Below the pieces are notes generated by a model, which was not told where the DNA came from, searched no databases, and saw nothing but the letters and a program-made list of their open reading frames with translations. Positions 1-10,333 of a stretch of DNA of 64,000 bases are shown here, in pieces (position 1 is the stretch's first letter; each line of letters opens with the position of its first letter). Origin of the DNA: Escherichia coli (GTDB lineage: Bacteria; Pseudomonadota; Gammaproteobacteria; Enterobacterales; Enterobacteriaceae); the NCBI RefSeq assembly GCF_050920415.1, contig NZ_CP169309.1; one strand, written 5' to 3'. A program made the translations under genes and the position numbers.

Positions 1-134
1 CCTAATTGCTCCGCCAGATTTTTAGTAATCAGGCGTGCGCCAGGTTTTAGTGCGCCAATACTTAGTTGATGTTTCAGGTCGTTCTCAACCTGCATAGTCA
101 AACTGACATGTTTCATTTTTTCCGTTCCAGGCAT
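1..134 (-). CDS. mcbR: GntR-family transcriptional regulator McbR (YncC), 5' portion only; gene continues beyond window start
   Basis: Reverse-complement of 1-134 translates MPGTEKMKHVSLTMQVENDLKHQLSIGALKPGARLITKNLAEQL, matching the remembered McbR N-terminus; position next to curA agrees with K-12 order. Confidence 0.7.
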   Translation of the reverse strand, partial: MPGTEKMKHVSLTMQVENDLKHQLSIGALKPGARLITKNLAEQL

Positions 135-332
135 TTTACTTCCTTCGCGTGTTTTCTTTCCGACCCTGCCTGCATAGCAGAAGGCGTTCACCTGGTGTGT
201 TAAAATGAATAATCATAAGCCACTCACCTTTGTAGTTATTAGCAGCAGAACAATGATGTGGTCAGTTAATTAAAGCTGAAAATAAGCTTTTTGCCTGGAT
301 TTTTATGGCGGCCTTACGCCGCCGTTGAAACT

Positions 333-1370
333 TTAATCATCATCCGCCACGCGGATCACCACTTTGCCAAAGTTTTTACCCTTCAGCAGGCCGATAAACG
401 TCTGTGGGGCGTTCTCCAAACCGTTGGTAATTTGTTCACGATAGTGAATTTTCCCCTCTTTCACCCATTGTCCCATCTCCTGCTGAAACTCATGGATACG
501 GTGACCATAATCCTGACCAATAATAAACCCTTGCAAGCGAATGCGTTTTTTCAGCACCGTTGCCATCAACAGGGGTAAACGATCCGGACCGGGTGGTAGC
601 TCTGTAGCGTTATAGCTGCTCACTAAGCCGCAGACGGGAATGCGCGCGGATGTATTGAGTAACGGTAGCACCGCATCAAATACCTTACCGCCAACGTTTT
701 CATAATAAATATCGATACCTTTTGGGCACGCTTTCGCCAGTTGCTCGGCAAAATCATCCGCGTGATGGTCAAGGCAGACATCGAAGCCCAACACCTCGGT
801 AGCATGGCGGCATTTTTCCGCGCCACCAGCTACCCCCACCACTCTGCAACCTTTAAGTTTGCCGATTTGCCCCACCGTCGCCCCCACTGGTCCTGTCGCT
901 GCAGCTACCACCAACGTTTCGCCTTCTTTGGGCTGACCGATATCCAGCAGGCCCATATAAGCGGTAAAGCCTGGCATCCCCAGCACACCCAGCGACCACG
1001 ATGGATTTTGCGGATGATCGCCAAGTTTCACCAAATCATCACCACTGGATATGTCATAGTCCTGCCATCCACTGTAGCCCAGCACCCAGTCACCAGGCTG
1101 GTAATCAGGATGATTTGACTCCACGACACGGCTCACCGTACCGCCGACTATCACGCCGTCAATGTCAACCGGCGGTGAATAAGATGGCTCATCGCTCATA
1201 CGTCCACGCATATACGGGTCCAGTGACAAATAAACTGTGCGCAGTAATACCTGTCCTTCACCCGGTGTGGCGACATCATCTTCTTCAAGACGAAAATTCT
1301 CCGGAACCGGCGCGCCATGCGGACGCGAGGCCAGAACCCAACGGCGGTTACGCTGCTTTTGTTGCCCCAT
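333..1370 (-). CDS. curA: NADPH-dependent curcumin/dihydrocurcumin reductase (zinc-independent MDR family), 345 aa
   Basis: ORF 333..1463 (-); product matches CurA from internal Met MGQQKQRNRRWVLASRP (ATG at 1370); upstream part of ORF treated as over-extension. Confidence 0.92.
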   Translation of the reverse strand: MGQQKQRNRRWVLASRPHGAPVPENFRLEEDDVATPGEGQVLLRTVYLSLDPYMRGRMSDEPSYSPPVDIDGVIVGGTVSRVVESNHPDYQPGDWVLGYSGWQDYDISSGDDLVKLGDHPQNPSWSLGVLGMPGFTAYMGLLDIGQPKEGETLVVAAATGPVGATVGQIGKLKGCRVVGVAGGAEKCRHATEVLGFDVCLDHHADDFAEQLAKACPKGIDIYYENVGGKVFDAVLPLLNTSARIPVCGLVSSYNATELPPGPDRLPLLMATVLKKRIRLQGFIIGQDYGHRIHEFQQEMGQWVKEGKIHYREQITNGLENAPQTFIGLLKGKNFGKVVIRVADDD

Positions 1371-1550
1371 AATGCTCTCCTGTGCTTTTGGCATGAATCC
1401 ATCAATAGTAGCAGGCTCGCAGGATTGGTTTTGTTTGCAGTCGTCACATCCCCTCTGCAACACGCAATAATTTCATCGAGGAATCCGTTGCTTCGGGCTG
1501 TTTTCGATAGTATTGATAACGTCATTATCATTATTTTATCGAGGCCAGAC

Positions 1551-2066
1551 ATGTCCATCCGTTTTGCCCGCAAAGCCGACTGTGCTGCCATTGCGGAAAT
1601 TTATAACCACGCCGTGTTGTATACGGCGGCTATCTGGAATGACCAAACGGTGGATGCAGATAACCGCATTGCCTGGTTTGAAGCGCGGACCATAGCAGGT
1701 TATCCGGTGCTGGTGAGTGAAGAAGATGGCGTGGTGACGGGATATGCCTCGTTTGGCGACTGGCGTAGTTTCGATGGTTTTCGCCATACCGTGGAGCATT
1801 CGGTTTATGTCCATCCTGATCATCAGGGCAAAGGTCTTGGGCGTAAATTGTTAAGCCGATTGATTGATGAAGCGCGGGATTGCGGGAAGCATGTTATGGT
1901 CGCCGGGATCGAATCGCAAAATCAGGCTTCGCTGCATCTCCACCAGTCGCTGGGATTTGTCATCACCGCACAAATGCCGCAGGTGGGCACTAAATTTGGG
2001 CGCTGGCTGGATCTGACATTTATGCAGTTGCAACTCGACGAACGCAGTGAACCGGACGCAATCTGA
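1551..2066 (+). CDS. mnaT: L-amino acid N-acyltransferase (GNAT family) MnaT/YncA
   Basis: ORF 1317..2066 (+); MnaT-like sequence begins at internal ATG 1551 (MSIRFARKADCAAIAEIYNH...); stop overlaps ydcZ start (ATGA). Confidence 0.92.
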   Translation: MSIRFARKADCAAIAEIYNHAVLYTAAIWNDQTVDADNRIAWFEARTIAGYPVLVSEEDGVVTGYASFGDWRSFDGFRHTVEHSVYVHPDHQGKGLGRKLLSRLIDEARDCGKHVMVAGIESQNQASLHLHQSLGFVITAQMPQVGTKFGRWLDLTFMQLQLDERSEPDAI

Positions 2067-2515
2067 TGAATCAGTCGCTTACCCTTGCCTTTTTGATTGC
2101 CGCAGGGATTGGTCTGGTCGTCCAGAACACGCTAATGGTGCGCATCACCCAGACCTCCTCTACCATTCTCATCGCCATGTTGCTGAACTCACTGGTAGGG
2201 ATTGTGCTCTTTGTTTCTATTTTATGGTTTAAACAAGGCATGGCGGGGTTTGGCGAACTGGTGTCCAGCGTACGCTGGTGGACACTTATACCCGGCTTGC
2301 TGGGATCTTTTTTTGTCTTCGCCAGTATCAGCGGATATCAGAATTTGGGAGCGGCGACAACTATTGCAGTACTGGTCGCCAGCCAACTGATTGGTGGTCT
2401 GGTGCTGGATATCTTCCGCAGTCATGGCGTACCACTACGGGCGTTGATCGGCCCAATTTGTGGCGCAATTTTACTTGTGGTTGGTGCCTGGCTGGTGGCC
2501 AGGCGCACATTTTAA
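2066..2515 (+). CDS. ydcZ: Inner-membrane protein YdcZ (DMT-like, 149 aa)
   Basis: ORF 2066..2515, ATG start, hydrophobic multi-TM sequence MNQSLTLAFLIAAGIGLVVQ...; coupled to mnaT. Confidence 0.9.
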   Translation: MNQSLTLAFLIAAGIGLVVQNTLMVRITQTSSTILIAMLLNSLVGIVLFVSILWFKQGMAGFGELVSSVRWWTLIPGLLGSFFVFASISGYQNLGAATTIAVLVASQLIGGLVLDIFRSHGVPLRALIGPICGAILLVVGAWLVARRTF

Positions 2516-2749
2516 TCAGAGGATGGTGCCGCCTTTGGTTAACTGTTCGTGGCGCGCTTCCATATCTTCTTTATGCTTGCGACCGTGATGGGCGATCGCT
2601 GTGCGCAGACGCTGCTGCTGGGTGTAGCGATCTTCCCGACTTAACTCCGCGTCATCGCTCAGGGCGATTAATAATTCGTTCATATGGGCAATGACGCTCT
2701 CTTCAATCGCGGCATCCACGCGCGCGATGACTTCATCCAGATGCGACAT
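2516..2749 (-). CDS. ydcY: Small protein YdcY (DUF2526), 77 aa
   Basis: ORF 2516..2791 (-); YdcY sequence begins at internal Met MSHLDEVIARVDAAIEES... Confidence 0.85.
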   Translation of the reverse strand: MSHLDEVIARVDAAIEESVIAHMNELLIALSDDAELSREDRYTQQQRLRTAIAHHGRKHKEDMEARHEQLTKGGTIL

Positions 2750-2834
2750 ACTTTCTCCTAAGCCACTTGTGAAATTTATCGATTCATCCAAATGATATAA
2801 GTCTGCGTGGTGCCGTCAAGCCAGTGCGTAAGAT

Positions 2835-3008
2835 TTAAAACAGTGAAAACAACAGCGCCACCGGGAAACTCATCGGCCATGTTGCCCCCACCAGAAAGGC
2901 GCTTAAGAAACGGATGCGTTTCTTATCGTGAGAAAGAAACCAGGTGATAAGAAATGCGATTGCTGCCATAACCGCATAAAAAACAAGCATGTGTTGATAG
3001 AGAGACAT
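2835..3008 (-). CDS. ortT: Orphan membrane toxin OrtT (YdcX), GhoT-like, 57 aa
   Basis: ORF 2835..3083 (-); internal Met MSLYQHMLVFYAVMAAIAFLITWFLSHDKKRIRFLSAFLVGATWPMSFPVALLFSLF matches OrtT. Confidence 0.85.
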   Translation of the reverse strand: MSLYQHMLVFYAVMAAIAFLITWFLSHDKKRIRFLSAFLVGATWPMSFPVALLFSLF

Positions 3009-3202
3009 GTACGGGCGTCCAGCCAGATGAATAAAACGCGCGCAAATATGCGTCATTTTTTGACGTGCATCAAGTTTTTTCACCAGTTTGAGAAAAAATC
3101 ATCAAACAGCAACTTGCCCTTATCCATCTTCAGAATGAGTATTATTGCGGATTTTCTTAACCCGTACTATACACATAGGGGCAATGATAAAAGGTGGCAA
3201 AA

Positions 3203-3298
3203 ATGAATGTTTCCAGTAGAACTGTAGTACTGATAAATGTCTTTGCTGCTGTTGGTTTGTTTACTCTTATCTCTATGAGATTTGGCTGGTTTATTTGA
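3203..3298 (+). CDS. yncL: Small membrane protein YncL (31 aa)
   Basis: Hand-translated ATG at 3203: MNVSSRTVVLINVFAAVGLFTLISMRFGWFI, stop TGA 3296-3298; below the ORF-track length cutoff; matches remembered YncL. Confidence 0.75.
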   Translation: MNVSSRTVVLINVFAAVGLFTLISMRFGWFI

Positions 3299-3697
3299 TG
3301 TAGTGATTTTGCACGCAGCACGTACTGTCAGAGAAATCACTGCTCTGACAGTACGCAAGATCATCTCATACTCTCCAGGTTTACAACATTATCCTTAATA
3401 TTTACTTCTTTTTGCTGACATCTACATTGAAATAAGTAGAAAACATCCCCCTCCTATCGTCCTTACAGACAGCTTACTGATTCAAAGGGAACTTTGTTTT
3501 CACATTTTTCTATCATCATTACTTTAGACGCGCGGGGTCTATAAATGCTTTGTACTTTCAGGGAATAAAGTAAATATAAAAAGATGGCATAAAGTTTATG
3601 CATGGCAGGATGTTTGCAACCTCCTTGAGGACGCTGTCCCATTGAAATTGCAAACCCCGCACTGGTTATCTGCCCATTTATCATGTAAAACAGACAA

Positions 3698-4507
3698 TTA
3701 TAGGTCTCTGAATATCTCAGAAAGATTGAATTTTTTATAGTCCCTCTCTTGGATATTTCCATTTGATATCAATCGATTCATCTCTTCAACAAAATAATTT
3801 ATATCATCACATTTGTTATTATCCGGAAGATCTGAATAATTATAATTCCACCACTTTATTCTCAACAATTCATCAATAATATTTGAATCAAATCTAAATC
3901 TGATTATTTTTGCAGGAACTCCTGCAACTATGGCATATGGTGGCACATCTTTGGTAACAACGGAATTGGCAGCAATAACAGCACCATCACCTATTGCGAT
4001 GCCACCTTTCAATACAACATCATTTCCTATCCAGACATCGTTTCCTATAATCGGATTTTCAGGTTTGGTAATGAATGGTTTCAATGTCCATGGCCGTTCG
4101 AACTCACTCAAGGCAAATTTATCAAATTCACCGTTATAAGTCATCATGTGAGTAGTAAAACGATTCATAGGATGATTTCCACCCATTATTTTTACATTTG
4201 ATGCAATACTACAAAATCGTCCTATATGTATATTCCCTGAAAAATGACAAGTTGGAAATGAAAATGCACCTACACTGGAAAAATTTTTTACAGGCATTGT
4301 TGAATATTCTTCAGCAATAACATTCTCTTCAATTGATATTTTGTCACCTTTTGAGAAAAGAAATAAATTCCTTTCTTTGTAAGACTTCTTCCCTTTATGA
4401 TTTAAAAATATTTTATTATCCATGCAAAATTCAAAGTGTTTTTTCGTCCACCTAAAGGTAATGGTTTTATTTTTATCTTCCGTGAATTTATATAACTGTA
4501 CGTTCAT
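3698..4507 (-). CDS. Hexapeptide-repeat (left-handed beta-helix) O-acetyltransferase, xenobiotic acetyltransferase (XAT/CatB/Vat)-like, with N- and C-terminal extensions; start codon uncertain
   Basis: ORF 3698..4507 (-), 269 aa; core ...NHPMNRFTTH...GNDVWIGNDVVLKGGIAIGDGAVIAANSVVTKDVPPYAIVAGVPAKIIRFRF is a typical XAT hexapeptide signature; strongly AT-rich unlike flanking genes; not recalled at this site in K-12. Confidence 0.8.
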   Translation of the reverse strand: MNVQLYKFTEDKNKTITFRWTKKHFEFCMDNKIFLNHKGKKSYKERNLFLFSKGDKISIEENVIAEEYSTMPVKNFSSVGAFSFPTCHFSGNIHIGRFCSIASNVKIMGGNHPMNRFTTHMMTYNGEFDKFALSEFERPWTLKPFITKPENPIIGNDVWIGNDVVLKGGIAIGDGAVIAANSVVTKDVPPYAIVAGVPAKIIRFRFDSNIIDELLRIKWWNYNYSDLPDNNKCDDINYFVEEMNRLISNGNIQERDYKKFNLSEIFRDL

Positions 4508-4740
4508 ACTAAAGACATCTACTTTTACTTATAAATTATTAGTTGAATAACGATACTCTAAAGTCTTCTATGAATCAACCATGACAGGATGAAAAATCAC
4601 CATCATACCTTTAGCGCATAATAGTCGTCTAACTTTTCCACTCGTTTTAATGTATTCATTCTTATTAATCGCCAATGACTCAAAACTTCAAACGATAGTG
4701 GCCATCATATAATTTCATATAACAGCCACTAACATTTAAC

Positions 4741-6165
4741 TTAATGTTTAACCATGACATGGCGGACGACGGTGTAATCCTCCAGCCCATAAAGTGACAT
4801 ATCCTTGCCGTAACCAGAAAGTTTCTGTCCACCGTGCGGCATTTCACTTACCAGCATAAAATGGGTATTGACCCAGGTACAACCATATTGCAGCCGTGCG
4901 CTGACACGATGCGCCCTGCCCACATCTTTAGTCCATACCGAAGATGCAAGTCCGTACTGGCTGTCATTCGCCCAGTTCACCACCTGTTCTTCATTGTCAA
5001 AGGCCGTCACGCTCACCACCGGACCAAATACCTCTTTTTGCACGATGGCATCGTCCTGTAACGCGCCAGCCAGCAGCGTAGGCGCATAGTAATAACCATT
5101 ACCCTTGCGCTTTTCACCACCGGTGATCACTTTGATGTGCCCTGTCTCTTTCGCCTCTTCTACCGCCTTGCTGACACGTTCGAGATGTGCCAGCGAACTT
5201 AACGGTCCAAGCTCCGTGGACTCGTCATCCGGCGCACCAGATTTTAACGTTGCCACTGCAGCACCGAGTTTTTCCACCAGCGTATCGTAAATACCTTTTT
5301 GCGCGTAGATCCGACAAGCCGCAGTACAATCCTGTCCGGCATTGTAATAGCCAAAAGTGCGAACACCTTCGACCACTGCTTCAATATCAGCATCATCAAA
5401 AACAATCACTGGCGCTTTGCCACCAAGTTCCATATGAGTACGCTTAATAGACGGCGCTGTATGGCTGATGATGTGCTCGCCGGTGGCGATAGAGCCCGTC
5501 AGCGACACCATCCGCACTTTGGGATGTCCGGTCAGCGGATCGCCCACTGTTTTGCCTCTGCCAAACAGCACATTAATCACGCCAGCCGGGAAGATATCTT
5601 TCGCCAGTTCAGCCAGCTTCAACGCTGTCAGCGGCGTAATTTCTGATGGTTTAAGCACTACGCAGTTCCCTGCCGCCAGCGCCGGAGCCAGTTTCCACGC
5701 GGCCATCATCAGCGGATAATTCCACGGTGCGATAGAAGCCACGACCCCCAACGGATCCCGACGGATCATTGAAGTATGACCTTCAAGGTATTCGCCGGCC
5801 GCCAGACCATTGAGGCAGCGCGCCGCCCCGGCGAAAAAGCGAAAGACATCGACAATCGCCGGAATTTCATCATTGAACGCACTATGCAGCGGTTTGCCAC
5901 AATTACGGGACTCCAATTCGGCAAAAACCTGACCATTTTCTTCAATAACATCGGCCAGTTTCAGCAGGCATTCCGCACGCGCTTTCGGCGTGGTTTGCCC
6001 CCATTCGGCAAATGCTGCATCTGCCGCGCGAACAGCAGCATCCACCTGCTCTGCGGATGCCTCGGCAATCTCCAGTAAAACGTCCCCCGTTGCCGGATTA
6101 TAGACAGGCTGTTTTTCCCCTTCGCCGCTAACCAGTTCTCCGTTAATCAGTAACTTATGTTGCAT
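4741..6165 (-). CDS. patD: Gamma-aminobutyraldehyde dehydrogenase PatD (YdcW), 474 aa
   Basis: ORF 4741..6165 (-), [29 protein letters not shown]..., aldehyde dehydrogenase family. Confidence 0.95.
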   Translation of the reverse strand: MQHKLLINGELVSGEGEKQPVYNPATGDVLLEIAEASAEQVDAAVRAADAAFAEWGQTTPKARAECLLKLADVIEENGQVFAELESRNCGKPLHSAFNDEIPAIVDVFRFFAGAARCLNGLAAGEYLEGHTSMIRRDPLGVVASIAPWNYPLMMAAWKLAPALAAGNCVVLKPSEITPLTALKLAELAKDIFPAGVINVLFGRGKTVGDPLTGHPKVRMVSLTGSIATGEHIISHTAPSIKRTHMELGGKAPVIVFDDADIEAVVEGVRTFGYYNAGQDCTAACRIYAQKGIYDTLVEKLGAAVATLKSGAPDDESTELGPLSSLAHLERVSKAVEEAKETGHIKVITGGEKRKGNGYYYAPTLLAGALQDDAIVQKEVFGPVVSVTAFDNEEQVVNWANDSQYGLASSVWTKDVGRAHRVSARLQYGCTWVNTHFMLVSEMPHGGQKLSGYGKDMSLYGLEDYTVVRHVMVKH

Positions 6166-6186
6166 AGCATATTCCTGTATCAGTGG

Positions 6187-6981
6187 TTATTGACCATTGT
6201 CGCCTTCGCGGGTTAGCCACCAGGCCCCCAGGATCGGCAAGGTTGTTACCAACATAACCAGCAGTGCCACCACGTTGGTTACCGGTACATCACGTGGTCG
6301 CCCAAGCTGATTGAGCAACCACAACGGTAACGTTCGTTCATGACCTGCCGTAAAGGTCGTCACGATGATTTCATCGAACGACAAGGCAAACGCCAGCATT
6401 CCTCCTGCCAGTAGCGCCGAACTGAGATTCGGCAACACCACGTAGCGGAAGGTTTGCCAGCCATTGGCCCCAAGATCCATTGACGCCTCAACCAGACTCC
6501 AGGAGGTACGGCGAAAACGGGCGATGACATTGTTAAACACCACCACTACGCAAAAAGTCGCATGACCGACCACGATGGTGAAAAATCCCGGCTCCAGATT
6601 GATGGTTTTAAAAGCAGTTAATAGCGCCAGACCAGTGACAATGCCCGGCAGCGCAATGGGCAGCAGCAATAGCAATGAAATGGCGCTTTTACCGAAAAAG
6701 TCCCGACGCCACAGCGCAGCAGCGGCCAGTGTCCCTAATACCAGCGCAATTAATGTCGCCAGCGCCGCCACTTTAAGTGACAGCGTCACGGCTTCAAGAA
6801 TATCACTACGCTGTGCTGCCACGCTAAACCAGCGCAGCGTCAGGCCTTGCGGTGGAAAACTAAACGCTGCATCTTCGGTATTAAAAGCATAGGCGGCGAT
6901 AATCAGGATGGGAAAATGAAGGAAAACCACGCCGCCCCAGGCCGCCAGTTTAAGGAAAAACGGTGCGCGTTCAGAGTGCAT
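6187..6981 (-). CDS. ydcV: ABC transporter permease YdcV
   Basis: ORF 6187..6981 (-), 264 aa, multi-TM permease; in operon ydcSTUV-patD. Confidence 0.92.
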   Translation of the reverse strand: MHSERAPFFLKLAAWGGVVFLHFPILIIAAYAFNTEDAAFSFPPQGLTLRWFSVAAQRSDILEAVTLSLKVAALATLIALVLGTLAAAALWRRDFFGKSAISLLLLLPIALPGIVTGLALLTAFKTINLEPGFFTIVVGHATFCVVVVFNNVIARFRRTSWSLVEASMDLGANGWQTFRYVVLPNLSSALLAGGMLAFALSFDEIIVTTFTAGHERTLPLWLLNQLGRPRDVPVTNVVALLVMLVTTLPILGAWWLTREGDNGQ

Positions 6982-7912
6982 CGAATGCTCCCAGACGTTT
7001 CACGAACGCCAGGTACAGTGCGATGAGAACAATCGGCACCAGGGTGAATGCCGCAGCCATCGGCATATTGCCAATCGCCCCCTGCTGGGAATAAACCATA
7101 TTGCCGATAAAATATCCTGGAGGGCCAACCAGCTGCGGAACGATAAAATCGCCCAGTGTGAGTGAAAAGGTAAAGATAGAGCCAGCGGCAATACCCGGGA
7201 TCGCCAGCGGCAGCACCACATAGCGAAAGGTTTGCCGTGGACGCGCGCCAAGATCAGCCGACGCCTGCAACAATGACGGCGGCAAACGCTCAAGCGCCGC
7301 CTGCACGGGCAGGATCATGAACGGCAGCCAGATATAGAGAAACACCAGAAAGCGCCCCAGCCCGGAAGTTGACAACGTGTTACCGCCCACCGCGGGTAAT
7401 GTAAGGAACGCTGTCAGCAGTGGTTCCAGCCCCAGATGTTGTAAAAACCACTGCGCCACGCCATCTTTTGCCAGCAATAAGGTCCAGGCATAGGCTTTTA
7501 CGATATAACTCGCCCACATTGGCAGCATCACCGCAATATAAAAGAACGCTTTCATTTTCCCGCAGGTATAGCGCGCCATATACCACGCCATCGGAAAAGC
7601 CAGAATGGCGCTGGCGATAGTGACAGCCACAGCCATGGTTAGCGTGCGGAGGATGATGTCGTAATTCGCCGGATTAAACAGCGCACGGATATTCGCCAGC
7701 GTCAGTTCTGGCGTTACCGACATGGTGAAATCGTCAAAGGTATAAAAGCCCTGCCATAACAACGTCAGGAGTGAACCAAAATAGACAATGCCAAACCACA
7801 TCAGCGGACCAAGCAGCAGCAAAAACAGCCCCAGTCCCTGTTTCCGCCAGAAGAAACCTGACACCTTACCCAACCCTGGGCGCGCAGGTGATTGCAATAC
7901 GTTCATCGCCAT
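6971..7912 (-). CDS. ydcU: ABC transporter permease YdcU
   Basis: ORF 6971..7912 (-), 313 aa, multi-TM permease; 11-nt overlap with ydcV. Confidence 0.92.
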   Translation of the reverse strand: MAMNVLQSPARPGLGKVSGFFWRKQGLGLFLLLLGPLMWFGIVYFGSLLTLLWQGFYTFDDFTMSVTPELTLANIRALFNPANYDIILRTLTMAVAVTIASAILAFPMAWYMARYTCGKMKAFFYIAVMLPMWASYIVKAYAWTLLLAKDGVAQWFLQHLGLEPLLTAFLTLPAVGGNTLSTSGLGRFLVFLYIWLPFMILPVQAALERLPPSLLQASADLGARPRQTFRYVVLPLAIPGIAAGSIFTFSLTLGDFIVPQLVGPPGYFIGNMVYSQQGAIGNMPMAAAFTLVPIVLIALYLAFVKRLGAFDAL

Positions 7913-8926
7913 TCACCTCTCCTCAACCAGCGGCACCATCACATCGCGCGACCAGGAAACCATCACCTGTTGTCCGGGCGTGAGCGTGGCAGGCAGTTCT
8001 TCGCCTGTCATATTGGCCTGACTCACCAGCAGTTTTTCACCGCCATTCAGTCTCAGTTCAAAACGGGTCGCCGCGCCCTGATACTGCACCGCCTGGATCG
8101 TGCCATTAACTTGCACTTCGCCGGGGGTGTTGAGGCGGATATGTTCCGGTCTCAGGGCAAAACTGCCTATCATGCCGCAAAGATTCTCGGCCATTAGCGG
8201 CTCAAAAACGTTGGATGTCCCGACGAATCCGGCAACAAACGGCGTGCGCGGACGCATATAGAGATCGCGCGGGGAATCGACCTGCTCAATACGACCGTTG
8301 TTGAATACCGCAACACGATCGGACATCGATAATGCCTCGCCCTGATCGTGGGTGACGAAAATAAAGGTGATGCCAAGAGACTGTTGTAGCTTTTTTAGCT
8401 CCAGTTGCATCTGCTCACGCAGCTTAAGATCCAGTGCGCCGAGCGGTTCATCCAGCAGCAATACGCGCGGTTCATTCACTAACGCTCTGGCAATGGCAAC
8501 CCGCTGACGCTGACCACCAGAAAGTTGTGACGGTTTACGTTGCTGTACAAATCCGAGCGCCACTTTCTCCAGCGCCTCTTGCGCCATTACGTGTCGCTGT
8601 TTTTTATCCACCCCTTTGACCATCAGCCCATAGGCCACGTTGTCAAGAATCGACATATGCGGAAAAAGCGCGTAGTCCTGGAAAACGGTATTCACGTCCC
8701 GCTCCCACGGTGGCAGATTGCTGGCGGGTTTACCAAAGATAGATATAGTCCCGCCGGAAAGCTGTTCGAATCCAGCAATCAGGCGCAGGCAGGTGGTTTT
8801 GCCGGAGCCAGACGGCCCCAGCATTGAGAAAAACTCACCATCTTTTATCGCAATACTGACACCATCTACCGCGCGCACATCACCATACAGTCGCGATACG
8901 TTGTCAAACTCCACTGCGTACGTCAT
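7913..8926 (-). CDS. ydcT: ABC transporter ATP-binding protein YdcT
   Basis: ORF 7913..8926 (-), 337 aa; Walker A GPSGSGKTT, ABC signature LSGGQRQR. Confidence 0.93.
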   Translation of the reverse strand: MTYAVEFDNVSRLYGDVRAVDGVSIAIKDGEFFSMLGPSGSGKTTCLRLIAGFEQLSGGTISIFGKPASNLPPWERDVNTVFQDYALFPHMSILDNVAYGLMVKGVDKKQRHVMAQEALEKVALGFVQQRKPSQLSGGQRQRVAIARALVNEPRVLLLDEPLGALDLKLREQMQLELKKLQQSLGITFIFVTHDQGEALSMSDRVAVFNNGRIEQVDSPRDLYMRPRTPFVAGFVGTSNVFEPLMAENLCGMIGSFALRPEHIRLNTPGEVQVNGTIQAVQYQGAATRFELRLNGGEKLLVSQANMTGEELPATLTPGQQVMVSWSRDVMVPLVEER

Positions 8927-8943
8927 AAAACACCCCAGCGAAG

Positions 8944-10089
8944 TTAGCGGCCGCCCATAATGGCAATATAATCCTGCGTCCAGCGACTGTAGGGAACAAA
9001 CTTGCCCCCTTCTGCTATAGGCGTTTTCCAGAAGGCGATTTTATCGAAATAGTTAAAACCGTTTGTTTCACAACCTTTTTCGCCTAATAACGGACTGGCT
9101 TTACACCCTTCCGGCACTACCGGTAACGAGCCAAACCAGGCCGCCACATCGCCCTGCACTTTTGGCGTTAATGACCAGTTCATCCATTTGTAGGCGCAAA
9201 CCGGATGTTTCGCTTCGCTATGTAGCATGGTGGTGTCAGCCCAACCGGTAACGCCCTCCTTCGGGAAAACGGTAGCGACAGGCTGGCCTTCGGCTTTCAG
9301 GGCGTTGGCCTGATAGGGCCATGCACTGGAAGCAACCACACCCTCGTTTTTGAAATCGCTCATTTGCACGGTAGTGTCATGCCAGTAGCGATGGATCAAA
9401 CTATGTTGATCGCGCAGCACTTTCAGCACCGCCTGGTACTGTTCTTCGGTGAGTTGATAAGGATCGCTGATGCCCAACCGCGGCTGAGTGGCTTTAACGA
9501 ACAACGCAGCATCCGCAATATAAATAGGGCCATCATAAGCCTGAACGCGGCCTTTATTGCTCTTACCGTCCGGCAGATTCTGCGCAACAAAAACCACTTG
9601 CCAGCTATCCGGCGGCGTCGGGAAGGTTTTCGTGTTGTACATCAACAGGTTCGGACCCCATTGGTAAGGTGTGCCATAAACTTTGCCACTAACGTTAAAC
9701 CAGTCGCCTTTAACCACGCGCGGATCGAGCGTTTTCCAGTTGGGAATCAATGCGGTATTAATCGGCTGCACGCGTTTGCCCATAATCAGGCGCAGCGAGG
9801 CATCGCCGGATGCTGTAACCAGATCGTAACCCCCTTTGGTCATCAGACTGACCATTTCATCAGAAGTCGCGGCGGTTTTCACATTTACCGCGCAGCCTGT
9901 CTCTTTTTCGAATTGCGTTACCCAGTCGTATTGTTTATCAGTTTGTCCGCGTTCGATGTATCCCGGCCAGGCGATAATATCCAGTCGCCCTTCCGGTTTA
10001 TCTAAATTGGTAGGCGGTTCGGCGGCGTGAGCGGTCATTATTGTCATGGTGAGCGCACACAGGCTGCTGCGGGCAAATGTCTTGCTCAT
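8944..10089 (-). CDS. ydcS: Periplasmic substrate-binding protein YdcS (polyamine-type SBP)
   Basis: ORF 8944..10089 (-), 381 aa, N-terminal signal peptide MSKTFARSSLCALTMTIMTAHAAEPP. Confidence 0.93.
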   Translation of the reverse strand: MSKTFARSSLCALTMTIMTAHAAEPPTNLDKPEGRLDIIAWPGYIERGQTDKQYDWVTQFEKETGCAVNVKTAATSDEMVSLMTKGGYDLVTASGDASLRLIMGKRVQPINTALIPNWKTLDPRVVKGDWFNVSGKVYGTPYQWGPNLLMYNTKTFPTPPDSWQVVFVAQNLPDGKSNKGRVQAYDGPIYIADAALFVKATQPRLGISDPYQLTEEQYQAVLKVLRDQHSLIHRYWHDTTVQMSDFKNEGVVASSAWPYQANALKAEGQPVATVFPKEGVTGWADTTMLHSEAKHPVCAYKWMNWSLTPKVQGDVAAWFGSLPVVPEGCKASPLLGEKGCETNGFNYFDKIAFWKTPIAEGGKFVPYSRWTQDYIAIMGGR

Positions 10090-10333
10090 AAGGTCTTACT
10101 CCTGTCGTAATTAATTGTTCAGCCGCCGTGCCGTAAAAATATCTCCTTGTTTAACCATAGACGGCGGCTTGCAGGCACACCTTCGCCCCTGAGAAAATTT
10201 AATCAGGTTGTGAGCTACCGCGCATTATGCCGTCTGTGAGATTATCTTCTGGAGTATAGACAAGGGGTTAGGAAATATGACTGCTATTCGAAATTCATAT
10301 TACCCAACCTAAGAGGAATTAAATTAAACGCTA

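Noticed and set aside
3167-3364. 65-aa minus-strand ORF overlapping yncL
   Set aside because: Antisense to the yncL reading frame and spans the palindrome; no start context.
3463-3762. 99-aa ORF overlapping the 3' end of the acetyltransferase gene
   Set aside because: Low-complexity AT-rich translation with no recognisable domain or start context; overlaps the better-supported acetyltransferase ORF.
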